From the NCBI RefSeq assembly GCF_009914755.1, contig NC_060938.1: a stretch of 64,000 nucleotides of DNA. One strand, written 5' to 3'. Below are positions 51,168-62,620 of the stretch, one piece after another (positions within the stretch are counted from its first letter, which is position 1; every line of letters begins with the position of its first letter). Under the pieces are notes generated by a model that saw only the letters and a program-made list of their open reading frames with translations, did not search any database and was not told the origin of the DNA. The DNA is from the human T2T-CHM13v2.0 reference genome, Homo sapiens. Made by a program: the position numbers and the translations under genes.

Positions 51168-51460
51168 CATCATTCATTAATTTATTCAACAAATATTTAT
51201 TCATTAAAACTATATGTACTATGGTGAACACATCAAATATGCTCCTTATCCTGATGGAGACTTAATAGAGTCTAAGGACAAGTAAATGGGCAACTAATGA
51301 AGTGTAATAAATGCTGTCTTAAAGTAGAGGAATGTACTTGACCTAGACTTAGATGGCTAGTACCACAGAAGACTTTCTAGAGGAAATGACATTCAGGCTG
51401 AGATGTGAAGGATGAATAGGGATTAGCAAGACAAAGGAGATATGGATGAATGCTCTAAGC
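51168..51460 (-). mobile_element. L2 fragment
   Basis: CATTCATTAATTTATTCAACAAATATTTATT; GAGGAAATGACATTCAGGCTGAGATGTGAAGGATGA. Confidence 0.75.
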
Positions 51461-51479
51461 ATGGCAATATGGGATAGAT

Positions 51480-51881
51480 TGTACTCAACTCTGTTGAAGC
51501 AAAAGGTAGGAGAGTTTTATAAGCATTAGAGTGAGCTATTGGAAGAGTATTGGAGGGCATTAGGGAGTAGATTGGTCAGTGTGATTAGGCCATGTATGTT
51601 GCTCATTGGTGCTTATTGAAGTTAGACTTCTACCTTCCAACAGAGACTGAGAGATAGAAGCTGTCTTTCTTGATGATTACATTTCAAAGGGATGGCTCTT
51701 AAGTTCTTGAGAAAGACTTTCCTAGATTGTGTTTACAATCTCAAAGGAGCAGAAAAAAGAACTGACAATTGAAAGTTTTCTGAAAGTGAATACTGTAAGA
51801 AGAGAGATTGGGGGCTTATATTGAGGAGAAACTTGTCTAAAGTTGAGTTAAGCAGAAGGGAATGCTAAGGCTGTTTGGTCA
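51480..51881 (-). mobile_element. ERV1-type LTR fragment, subfamily uncertain
   Basis: GATTACATTTCAAAGGGATGGCTC...CTTGAGAAAGAC motif; ends TTGGTCA. Confidence 0.55.
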
Positions 51882-52129
51882 TGTTAAAAATAAAGTTAGA
51901 AAATAACTGTTGATAATTTTGAGACTAAGTTTTAAATATTTAAGGAGCTGGGGTTGTTGAGTTTTTGTAACTAATTATTTGAATTGCAAAGGTATTACAC
52001 AGTATTTCAAACCTCTCTAGACAGTCTGCTTAAGTGTAACATTATTCTTTTTACATTTGTAGTAATATGAAACTGTCTTTTATTTTAGGAGTTGCATTTA
52101 GATTGAATGGAAATTTTTTCTTTCTTCAA

Positions 52130-52575
52130 ACTCATTTCCATATCACTGCGAAGATAATTTTTCTAAATGAGATATTTGATGTTACAAGCCTTCTGTGATC
52201 CTTTCTCTTCAATTTCAGAATAAAATCCAAACTCTCCAGCATGATATTCAAGGTCTTTCTTAACAAAGATTCTATTCACCTTTCTAGCCATCACTTTCAC
52301 CCTTTACGGTTTCTACAGCCCTTCATTTTTCAAAGGTTTATGCAGTTTCCTCAGCCTAAGTTGCTGCTGTCTCTTTTTTTTTGAAGATAATTCTTTCAAC
52401 TGGAATGACCAAAATATGTCTTGGCATCTATCAAGCTGTATTTTTTTTCTTTCTCCCTGATTAGACTGCAAGCTCCTTGAAGGCAGGAACTGTAACTTTC
52501 ATCTCTTTTTTCCCTAGTCAAGTAGAGTGGCTGACAAGTAATGAATACAAGCCTTTGTTGTATAAATGAATGGAC
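52130..52575 (+). mobile_element. L2 3' fragment
   Basis: AGAATAAAATCCAAACTC; TAGACTGCAAGCTCCTTGAAGGCAGG; ATAAATGAATG end. Confidence 0.7.
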
Positions 52576-53439
52576 AAAGGTGGGCAACTAATTTCTTTGA
52601 GAACATTATGGTTTGCTATTTGGTGACTTATTGAGTTATTGTTAATAAAATAAAGAAATTTTCCTGTTAACTCTTTATTGGTAATTTTATTCTTTGTTCT
52701 TGCAACTAATCTAAAAAGAGAAGACATAATAGCACTTAAACATCCATAGTTAATTAAACTAAAACATTAATCATTGTTTTTCTGGAGATATCATCTGGTT
52801 TATAATGGGTTAAGGAAGTAAATATGTTAGCAAATTGGAATCTCTACTTTTAGTAAAAGACTGAAAAATGATGTATCATCCTTGAATTTTTTTCTAATAG
52901 ATAAGCTGCTCTGTGGGTAGAAAAACTTTAGAAAGATTGGAGAGTGTCCAATTCAAATGAAGCAGTGTTTAGTCTATTTAATTAAAAAAACCAGATGGAT
53001 TATCTGGCCTGCTGATGGCTAGAAGCTTTGTGAAGATAACATCTCTTTTTACTCAGAAGGAAATAGAAGGGGAGACTACCTATTGAAAAAGTCTTTTATT
53101 TTTATCAACCTCCTCAGAGTCTGTTCTCAGCACACTGCTGACTTTTAAAAAGATTGGATAGGAATCAGAGAGGATTAAGGGCGAGTCCTCTAAAACATGG
53201 TAAAAATCTGTTGCATTTTTTAGATGACAGAAAGTCTTAAGCGTGCCATTTAGGAGCTCACTTCCAAATTTATCTTATGCTTATTTATATATTTTATATA
53301 TTTCTTATTTTATTTCAGGACAACTTGTCCATTTAGATAGTATTCATGGCATCAGAGAGCTACTTTTTCTGGAATTTCTGCTATATAAGAATTTTCTATT
53401 GTTCTCTAAGGCTTTTAAAAAAATTTTGGTAGGTTTTAG

Positions 53440-54280
53440 TAAGTGTGCTATTTATTCATTCATGAGTTAAACAAATATATATTGATATAGATTTAGTTCT
53501 TGCTCACATTGAACTTACAGTCTAGAAGGGAGATAGGCTTTAATCAAATGATCTTACAAATGAATTTGAACTTATAATTATGATCAGTACCATAAAGGAC
53601 TTATGTATGGTATCCTGAGGGCAGTCATTTGAAGGATGAGTAGAAATTAATCAAATAATTGTGAAAGTGGTGGTGAAAGTGGTGGGAGGTACTGGAAGAC
53701 AGTATTTGAGCTGAGGGAGCATCATATGCAAAGGACCAATGGTGGAGGGGCACATAAGGTTCAAATTATGAAATAAAGCCATTGTAACTGGAGGGCAGAC
53801 ATAGCTCCATGTCATGTTGGGACATGATGGAGTTATGCTCAGACCTGACCTTGCAGAGTTTTGAAGACCATGTTAAGGATATTGATCTTTATCAAGAGAA
53901 ATGGAAAGTCACTGAAGTATTCTAAATAGGACGGTTAACATAGTAAGATTTGCATTTTGATGAGATCATTCTGGCTGCAAGTGAAGAATGGAAGGAAAAG
54001 AGTCATGCCTAGATACTAGTTAGGAAGCTCTTGTGAGATTACAGGTAAGAGATAGTGGGAATTTGGACTTAGGTGGACAAGGTTTGCCCCATACAGTTGT
54101 ATAGCTAAAGCACTGCACAAAAGCTCCCAACTCTACTTACTCACAAGACTACATCTATTCAAAGGGAGTGTCAGTTGATGATGGATGAGAAATGTGAATT
54201 AAGAGATAAGGAATGTGAAAGATGACTCCTGAGTTATGGACTAAGCCACTAGATAGATGGCGATGTTACTCAATATATGT
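53440..54280 (-). mobile_element. L2 fragment
   Basis: TTTATTCATTCA; GATCATTCTGGCTGC; AAGATGACTCCTGAG motifs. Confidence 0.7.
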
Positions 54281-54779
54281 GGTTGAATTTGTAACTTGAA
54301 GAATATCTTTCTATGGGTTGATATATAAGTTGTTTTTGCAATATACACCCAAATACTCTCTCTAGCACCATCGTCTACTATTCGTCTGGATGTACAGAAT
54401 AGCCTAGCCATAGTAATGATGCAGAGTTCCTGAGAATTGAAAGGCAATTTCATGCTTCCATGCCTTTGCTAATGCTATTTTCCCTGACTAGATTAGAATA
54501 GCTTTCCCCTTTTCAGACTGAAAAATTCCTAATTGAAAATTTAAGGCCTATCCAAAGAAGACCTAATCTATGCAGCTTCTCACCACCTCCTTCTGCCCAA
54601 GGAAGAATGAATTGTACCTTCTTATGTTGTCCCTGAACATCTTGTACATGCCTTTCATACCACTTAACCAATTACCAGTTGACATCTTCCATTAATTCAT
54701 GGACACCTTGAGAGCAACAACTTTTTCCTTCTCTCTCTCTCTCTCTCTTTTTAAAGAGATTAGTTTTCTTTTTCTTTTT

Positions 54780-55565
54780 CCTTTTTTTTTTAATCACACA
54801 GTTTAAAGGGTCATATAATAAACCACAACTTGTTTCAAAAAACAACAGACCCCTCTATCCTCTTGCTTCCCATTTTCAGAGACAACCAATTCCAACAATT
54901 TAACCATTTGCTTTTGACCATGTATTACCAAATATTTGAACAACAAACTTGTATTGTTTATTTTTCAGTTATAGGTATTACCTATTGACTCCTTTCTATG
55001 AGGGATGATAGCTTCTTTTTGTTTAAATGAAAGATTTAATGTTTTTCCTTACCCTCTACCCCAAGCATATATATTCAGTAGTGTATACATATGCTGTCAT
55101 ACACTTCTTCTCCCTCATCCTCTCAATCAGGTTATATTATAATTTTGGTTAGATAAAAATTAAATGTTTACATTGCTATGACTTTGTATATTCTCTTGAA
55201 ATCTGAACCATGCAGTAGGCATGTATGCACAGCTTTCTGTTTTCCTTGAGGTTAATAATACTCTTTATTGTTTGTTTTGTTTTCTATGTACTTATTAATT
55301 TATCTTTTCTCAATATGTTCAAACACATCAGATATTCCATCAATTTCATCTTCTTAAGAAGCTGCACAAAAAGTGTTGAAAATGCCTTTATTCTATTTTT
55401 ACATATAACTGGTAGTTTGGCTATTATGGAATTGTAGCAAATAATTCTTGGAAATAATAAAATCTAGGAAATGGTTTTCAAGTCATTGTGCCCTGACCTT
55501 CAGCTTCCAGTGTGGCACTTGAGAAGTCTGACTTTATTCTGATTCTTGATCCATTGTATGAAACT
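54780..55565 (-). mobile_element. Very old L1M fragments
   Basis: L1M 3'UTR-like start and antisense ORF1-like RIRIKSDFSSATLEA (55478-55678). Confidence 0.55.
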
Positions 55566-55659
55566 TCTCTTGGGAGCCTCATAAAAGATGGGCCTGCAGT
55601 AGTCAGAGAAATTCTTACATTGACTTTCAATACACAAATAGGCATGTTGGCATTCTGGG

Positions 55660-55790
55660 GAGAACATGAGTTAGACACACTTTGTTCAAATCTTGGCTCT
55701 GCCTGTAACTGGCTGAGTGACAGTGGGGAAGTGCTTTAATGTGCCCGATCCTCAGTTTCCTCAGCTGAAAATGGAAGAAATGATATCCGT
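55660..55790 (+). mobile_element. MIR
   Basis: GTTCAAATCTTGGCTCTGCC...CCTCAGTTTCCTCAGCTGAAAATGG. Confidence 0.8.
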
Positions 55791-56694
55791 CAGGTGAAGT
55801 TAGGTAAGCATTGGAGCTAAGGAGACCTATAGAAAATATTTTACCAAAGCTCATTATTATTATTCTTTTTGTATTACCATGAAAAGAGAATCAGCAACTA
55901 TTTCTGAAGATGTTGATATTTTACTGAATTTCAAGTAACTGCACAAGGATAAACCATGACCTTTCAATTAGGCAGAATTTTGTCTTTCCTTTCTTTCTTT
56001 TTTCTTGTATAATGTAAGTCCTTCTCCAAAGTCCTTAGAATTATATTTTAAATTCCTTTAAAGTTTTTTTGTGATTATAGAAGTAAAATATTCATGGTAA
56101 AATATCTAGCAAATATAGAAGCAGAAGGAATTTGGAGCTCAGATGTTAATTTATTGGTTTATTTCTACCTAATACTGATAGAACAGGGAAGATGACTTGG
56201 GAGGTCAACAGCTGCATATGCAGATGTTCCTCATGAATATGAGTCGTATTTATGTCCTATGGATTAAAATACTAGTTGATTGAACTCTTAGTTAATGCAT
56301 TTCATAAAAATAGGAGATGTGCTTCAATAGAGCCAAATTAATTTGAGTAGAGTATGCTAAATCTAATATAATGAAAGAAAGAGAAAAATACTCAAATAAA
56401 CCAGTGAAAATAGTAGTTAATGATGATATCATGTATGACTTGGAGAAAAGAGTGAAGAAGATGCTTTCTATAGATGATACAACAATTACAAAGAGATCAA
56501 GACTGCTACTTGTGTCCTCAGATTTCTCCTTAGCATTATATTAAAAATGAATAATCAACAAAGGAAACTTAGGAAACATTGGTGATTTCAAACTGAGAAC
56601 TGGAATATAGTTGGGTAACAGAATATGTTATCTAAAAGAATAGACATGTTAATGAAGGGGCAGAAAGGCTGTAATACCTTTACTCCGCTACATA

Positions 56695-57452
56695 TGTTAT
56701 AAGGGCCACAGCCAGCACTCTTATAACAAAAGACAGGTTAACAAGAGAAAAGCTTAACAGATTTATTTAATCAAAGTTGCATGTGACATGAGAGGCTTCA
56801 GAAATGAAGAGCCAAAGACTCTGGGAAAATTGTCAGTTTTTATGCTTAGGTTCAATTAAGTATAGACAACTGTGTAGAAATGTGATTAGACACAAAGGAT
56901 ATAGGCGGACCAAGCATAGTGGCTCATTCCTGTAATCCCAGCACTTTGGGAGGCCGAGGGGGGAGAATCATTTGAGCCCAGGAGTTCAGGACCAACCTGG
57001 TCAACATTGTAAGACATCTTCTCTATTAAAAAAGTTAAACGGGTATGGTCTAATGGTAATAGACTAAGGCAGGAAACCCAGCAAAGCCTATTTGTTCAGA
57101 TTCATCTTGACCTCTTTGTATAGCATTTTTTCCTCCCAGGTGTAGGGCAGGACCTCTTCTGGAACACGGGTCTTAGGACTACTATCAGGCAAGGTAGGAC
57201 AGAGATTTCTTTTTGCCAGCTCTTTACACAGAAAGGTGGGGGAAGTTTAGGGCAATATTTCTAGTTTCTATGACCCACTATGGGGAAGAGGAGTTCAGTT
57301 TTTATGGCCTGCCTTGGAAGAGGGGAGAACGGGAGACAGGAGGACAGGAGAAGGTTAGAGAGGGGCTTTTAAGGCCCTTCCAATGTCCTCCAGTTTAAAG
57401 TAGTAAGCATGCTAAACACCATGCTTTGGGGTATTGTTTTCTGAGCCCCAAC
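56695..57452 (-). mobile_element. MER4-group ERV1 LTR (MER31/MER67-like), interrupted by a FLAM
   Basis: Reverse complement begins TGTTGGGGCTCAGAAAACAATACCCCAAAG. Confidence 0.7.
56908..57033 (+). mobile_element. FLAM/Alu left monomer
   Basis: GTGGCTCATTCCTGTAATCCCAGCACTTTGGGAGGCCGAGG...short A tail. Confidence 0.88.
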
Positions 57453-57814
57453 ATTAGGAAGGTGCAGGGAAATGTTGCTGTGGGCAATTACAAATATGCC
57501 TATCAGAAAATCTATTGTTAAAGAGATAAAAGAAAAGAAACAATTGTATTGTGTAATTTTACTATTGGTCACATTGCCAAATGACAGAATAGATGGTAAG
57601 TTTGTATTATCAGATCACAAAACTCCATAATGGTGAGCTACGGTAGTGATGGATATTTTCAGCTGTTGGAAACATTCTAAACCTCTTATAAACCAAGAAC
57701 ATTTGACATGTTCTTGACTGGCTTTAGTGATAACTTCAGCTAACTGAATAAGAGATCCACTAGCTGGAACTTAATTCTGACCAGAGAGAGTTTTTTTCGG
57801 GTGATGAGTAAGGG

Positions 57815-58030
57815 AAAATATTTATCAAGTACTTAATGTGGCAGCCACTTTATATACATTGTATTTCTTAATTCTCCCAGTAATTTTATGAGGCAGCTAG
57901 TAGAATATTAGCTTCACTTTTCAAATGATGAAATCTGGGCTCAGGGAAGTAATGTAACTTGTTCATGGCCAAGTTATGAGTAAAATGCAGAATTACAATC
58001 CATGTCTTCCTGACTCAGCCTATTGTCTGT
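57815..58030 (-). mobile_element. MIR
   Basis: TTTTCAAATGATGAAATCTGGGCTCAGGGAAGTAATGTAACTTG. Confidence 0.75.
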
Positions 58031-58684
58031 GACTGCATAACTGTAGACTTAATGACAACCAGTGAGAGAAGACTGGGCATGACGAACAGCGTAGATTTTA
58101 GGAAGGCAGATTTTACAAAGTTGAGAGGCAAAATATAGGCATAATTACATGGCATGAGTCCCTGAAAGAGATATGAGCTAGAAGTTTAGATATTATCAAA
58201 GAGTCAGCTTTTGCCATATGATTAAAATGAGGAAGAAGAGGCAGAAGAGCCCAAAGAAATCAACATGGAGACACTGAAGATTCTCAAATGAGATCAGATT
58301 TTAAAATCCATGAACAAAAAGAGAGAAAGAAGAGCACATGACTAAGGATGAATGAGAGACTGCCAGAGACTTTTAAGAATAGCATCAGAAGGCCTGTATC
58401 TTCAAATGACTTGAGTCTTATAGAAATATGATGAGGCTAAAAAGGCCTTTTAAAAATTTAGGGTATAGGCCAGTCAAAGAAGTGACATGTCCTGCTCAGG
58501 ACTGATGGAAAAACAGATGGGTGAAAAAGAGAAGAGAGAATTCACAAATCCAATTTTGCCTTTATGTCCTCTGTAAGGAAAATGATCTTAAAATAATCTT
58601 ATAATTAGTAAGGATAAAACAAGTATTTTAAAAAGGACAGTAGGCATCCTATTACAATCTCTTCACTTTCTTAGGGTTCTTCAC

Positions 58685-58975
58685 TTTTTTTTTTTTTTGA
58701 GACAGAGTCTCGCTCTGTCGCCCAGGCTCGAGTACAGTGGTGTGATCTCGGCTCACTGCAAGCTCCACCTCCTGGGTTCACGCCATTCTCCTGCCTCAGC
58801 CTCCTGAGTAGCTGGGACTACAGGTGCCCACCACCACGCCCGGCTAATTTTTTTTATATTTTTAGTAGAGTCTGGGTTTCACCGTATTAGCCAGGATGGT
58901 CTCGATCTCCTGACCTCGTGATCCACTCGCCTCGGCCTCCCAAAGTGCTGGGATTACAGGCCACCATGCCCGGCC
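58685..58975 (-). mobile_element. AluY-like, TSD GGG(T/C)TCTTCACTTT
   Basis: GCAAGCTCC, TTCACGCCATTC, GGATGGTCTCGATCTCCTGACCTCGTGATCC. Confidence 0.95.
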
Positions 58976-59945
58976 TGGGCTCTTCACTTTCTTAGAGGGC
59001 CTCTAAGGCCTAAGAAAGTGAAGAGATTGTTAAGAGGATACCTACTGTCTGCAAGTGAATTCAGCCTTCATAATGACCTCTGAAAGGACTTAGAACTGAA
59101 CTGCTATCAGTGTCTTGGTGTCTTAATTCAGTAGCGCTGGTTGCCCTGCAGCTGGGAACACTGACTCAACAAGTTAAAGTGGAATTACCACTGCAGTATA
59201 AACAATCAAGTGGGCTGTGTTTTGAGCTAAGGTTGGGAGGTTAGTAGATTTAGTCATCAGCACCAAGCAAAAGACAAAAATGAATAAAAGGGTTAAAGAC
59301 TAGGTAAGACATTTGATCTGGCAGTGATGACAATCATGAGTGCGCAGTATCAGCCCTGGAAATTACTACACAAATGACAGGTGCGTTTTGTGATTTTGAA
59401 GGCAGGATAGTGAATGGGAAAATAAGCTGATATTGAACAGAGTTAGTAGATGCTGAGGGTAACTGAAAACTACAGTCCCAAAGGGAGCTGAAAAGAAGTT
59501 AAAGTTGTCAAGGTTCAGGGAGATTGGACTGGGGCAGCAAATGTGGGACCAATTCAAATAATTCTCTAGGATTGTTTTAAAAGCTGATCCTTCTTGTCCC
59601 AATGGCAGGATATTTTATTTCTCACAATTTTAAGCACAGTTTAAAAAACTATTTGAAATGTACCATTTTACAATGTTCATTATTAGAATAAATGAACTTT
59701 TTAAAAACACATTTCAAGTCTCAAAAATCTTAAACTTAGAATTTCTAGAGCTCAAATGTAAGCAACTTCATTCTGAAAACCATATGGGAAAAAGAATTAT
59801 TTGTCAAAAATAGTTCAATGATACTGTCAAATAAAGATATCAGAAACAATGACTTGCTTTCCTCTGCTTCAGATGGCCCCGTGATGTGAATTCTTAGATT
59901 GCTATAGTGAATTCCAAATATAGCAGTGTCAACTTGGATAATATA

Positions 59946-60283
59946 CAGTCATGTGTTGCTTAATACAGGGATATGTCCTGAGAAATGCATTCTTAGGTGA
60001 TTTCATCATTGTGTGAACATCATAGAGGGTACTTACACAAACCTAAATGATATAGCCTACTATACACCTAGGCTGTATGGTATAGCCTATTGTTTTTAGG
60101 CTACAACTTGTACAGCATGTTACTATACTGAATACTGTAGGCCGTTGTAAGCAATGGTATTTGTATATGTAAATATATGTAAACATTGAAAAGGTACAGT
60201 AAAAATACAGTATTATAATCTTACAGGACCACCATCATACACAAGGACCATTGTCAACCCAAACATTATGTGGTACATGATTG
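59946..60283. mobile_element. Tigger3a/MER7-type non-autonomous DNA transposon
   Basis: TA|CAGTCATGTG...TACATGATTG inverted termini; TAGCCTACTATACACCTAGGCT core. Confidence 0.88.
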
Positions 60284-60984
60284 TTCTTTAGTTTCTCTGG
60301 GTCTCACTCTCTATATCTATATAATAAAGGGTATAGCCTTGATGAGCCCTCTCTCTCTTTGTCTCTCTTTTTAGCTTTTACATTCTATGGTTTTCTGAGG
60401 TAGCCCAGAAATCAAGGTCTTATCAAAACAAGTGCAATCCATGTAAAAGAAACTGGCAAAAGGAGTGTATTGACCTTGTGACATCTTAAGTTCTTGCTGG
60501 CGGTTGACAGTTGGTTTCAAAGCATCCAGGTGTGAGAGTGAGCCTAGAAGGAATGTCAGGTCACAGAGAGAAACCAGGGCCTACAGAGGTTAGGAAAAGA
60601 TTGAGATTTAAAAGAAAAAAGGTCACAAGTATGCCTGGAGATTAATGAGTCTAATTTATTTTAGATATTTCTAAGTTCAAGAGCTTATTATTTATTTCCC
60701 TCCTTTCACGAGCTACTGCTTTTTCCTTTGTCAGCTAATTTTGGTATATGTTATATTACTTCTTGGCTCTCCAACCCAATATTACTCTTTAAGCTTTAAA
60801 GTCTTAATTTCCTTTTATTTCTTCATTTTTGAATCTTGGCTCCAGCATCCTGGAAATGGTTCCAAAGGCACCTTGTCAGCAGCATTCAAGCCTCAACTAT
60901 CTGAAGCAATAATAAACAAATTCCATTTTTTCTTCAGGGGAACACAAGAGAACCTTCAAAGTACAGTGTACTCAGTATCAAGAA

Positions 60985-61420
60985 CCGTGAAGGGTCTAAG
61001 GTTTTGCCTGTTTGCAAATTCACAAGTTAGCTTGTACAGTTTCATGAAGGTTGTCAGAAGACCCAAGATTCCCTAGTCAGATACAAAAGATCTGTTACTC
61101 ACAGATCAGCTGTTATTCAGAGCACAAGTGTCAGCATAGCTTCATGTTCCCCTTCATTTCCGAAGTCCTATGGCAGTTACATGGAGGTAGGCCCAGGTGG
61201 TTGCTGCACAGTGCTTTTGCAGGATTTTGAGGAATCTGAGTTTAGAAACCCCTATTTTTTATAAGGGACTGTAAGCAAATTTTCTCAAACTTTGCCCTGG
61301 GGGGAGCTCCCTTTACTACACTGAACAACATGTTTATTATATAAGCATCCTTGAAAAGATAGGTCAGTGCCCTGGCCTGCAAGAAACTTAAGAGACCATG
61401 AAGAATTGTCTCTCACCACC
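60985..61420 (-). mobile_element. ERVL-type LTR (MER74/MER54-like)
   Basis: GTGAAGGGTCTAAGGTTTTGCC...CAAGTTAGCTTG...CAGAAGACCCAAGA resembles recalled consensus. Confidence 0.5.
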
Positions 61421-62606
61421 CAGTTTCACATAGTCCTTGCAAACTTAATAAAAAATAATAATAAAAGGCAAAATAAGACGAGCACTGGCTTTCAAGGTTT
61501 ATTTAAAATATTTTCCCAGTTTTACATTTGTACTCAATTATTTAAATCTATTTCTTAAACAAAATATATAATATGTAAATTATGTATGTATATAATTTTA
61601 ACTGTCATATTCCCAATTGTGTATTCTGTGGCAATTTCATGCTTACCCAGTGGAAGAAAAGCAGAAAATATTCATAGGATGAAAGTCCATAAAATAGTTT
61701 AATATAACAACATTTTTATTCAACTTTAGTTTAGAGCATAGGGTAAAAGAATCCCCTCAGTAAAAAGTTTTGCCTTCTTACTTCTATTGCATCTTTTATT
61801 CTTTAGTTTATAGTAAAATATTTTAATGTTACAGAGTTCCAAGAACAAAACATTTCCAATGTGCAACTGTAATTCTCTTGAACAAATCACTCTTTATTTT
61901 TTATTTTTTACAAATCACTCTTTATTAAATACGGGCTGTGGAAGTGACGAGAGTGGTGGTGTTGATGTGCTCAAAAGCCAGGACCTCATAAATGACATAA
62001 CAAAGAAAATAAGAAAATATACTTCACAAGTCCTAGCCTCTGGGAAAAACATTTTGATAACCCTCGTTGTGGGCATATGTTAAATTATACCCTTCCTTAT
62101 CTCTGTCTCTGGGTTGTAAGTCAGTCCCAAGTAAAAATAATTTATCCCTGAAATAGATATGTTAATAATTTAAAACAATATTATATTTATGCCAACAGTT
62201 CTCAAGACCATTGTGATTCAGTGTACATGGGAATGTAAACCATCCTGGAAAGGATTAAATGTTGAGGTTTTCACATTCCCTCATACCTAGGTGAAACATC
62301 TAATCAGTCCATTTAGTCAGGCTCCATATATACCACACAGTCCTGCTTCAAGAAGAAATTTCAAAAAAAAATTATACTAATTTTATCAGAGGAAATGTGT
62401 ATTTCCCATGAAGCAAATTTTGAAACCCCTGGACTCATGTTAAAAAACATTTTCAGTACAATCACAGAGACTGAGGGAGAAAATTTGACACCTGCATTTT
62501 AATACAGAGTTACTCATAGATAAGAACATTAAGTTGGAAACTTCGTTTATGTCTAGCCTCCCTTTCAGAAAAGGCCAGTGAAAAAATATAACGGACATTA
62601 CCATTC

Positions 62607-62620
62607 CCAGCAGAGGGCAG
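62607..62620 (+). promoter_or_regulatory. Candidate CTCF site
   Basis: CCAGCAGAGGGCAG fits the core CCASYAGRKGGCRS in non-repeat DNA. Confidence 0.5.

Larger units (their letters stand above)
57590..59560 (+). mobile_element. Ancient L3/CR1 LINE ORF2 fossil (fragmented)
   Basis: GATTTTAGGAAGGCAGATTTT encodes DFRKADF; LNLILT-like, NSIRKA-like, KKGF-like and EEIV-like remnants in CR1 order. Confidence 0.5.
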
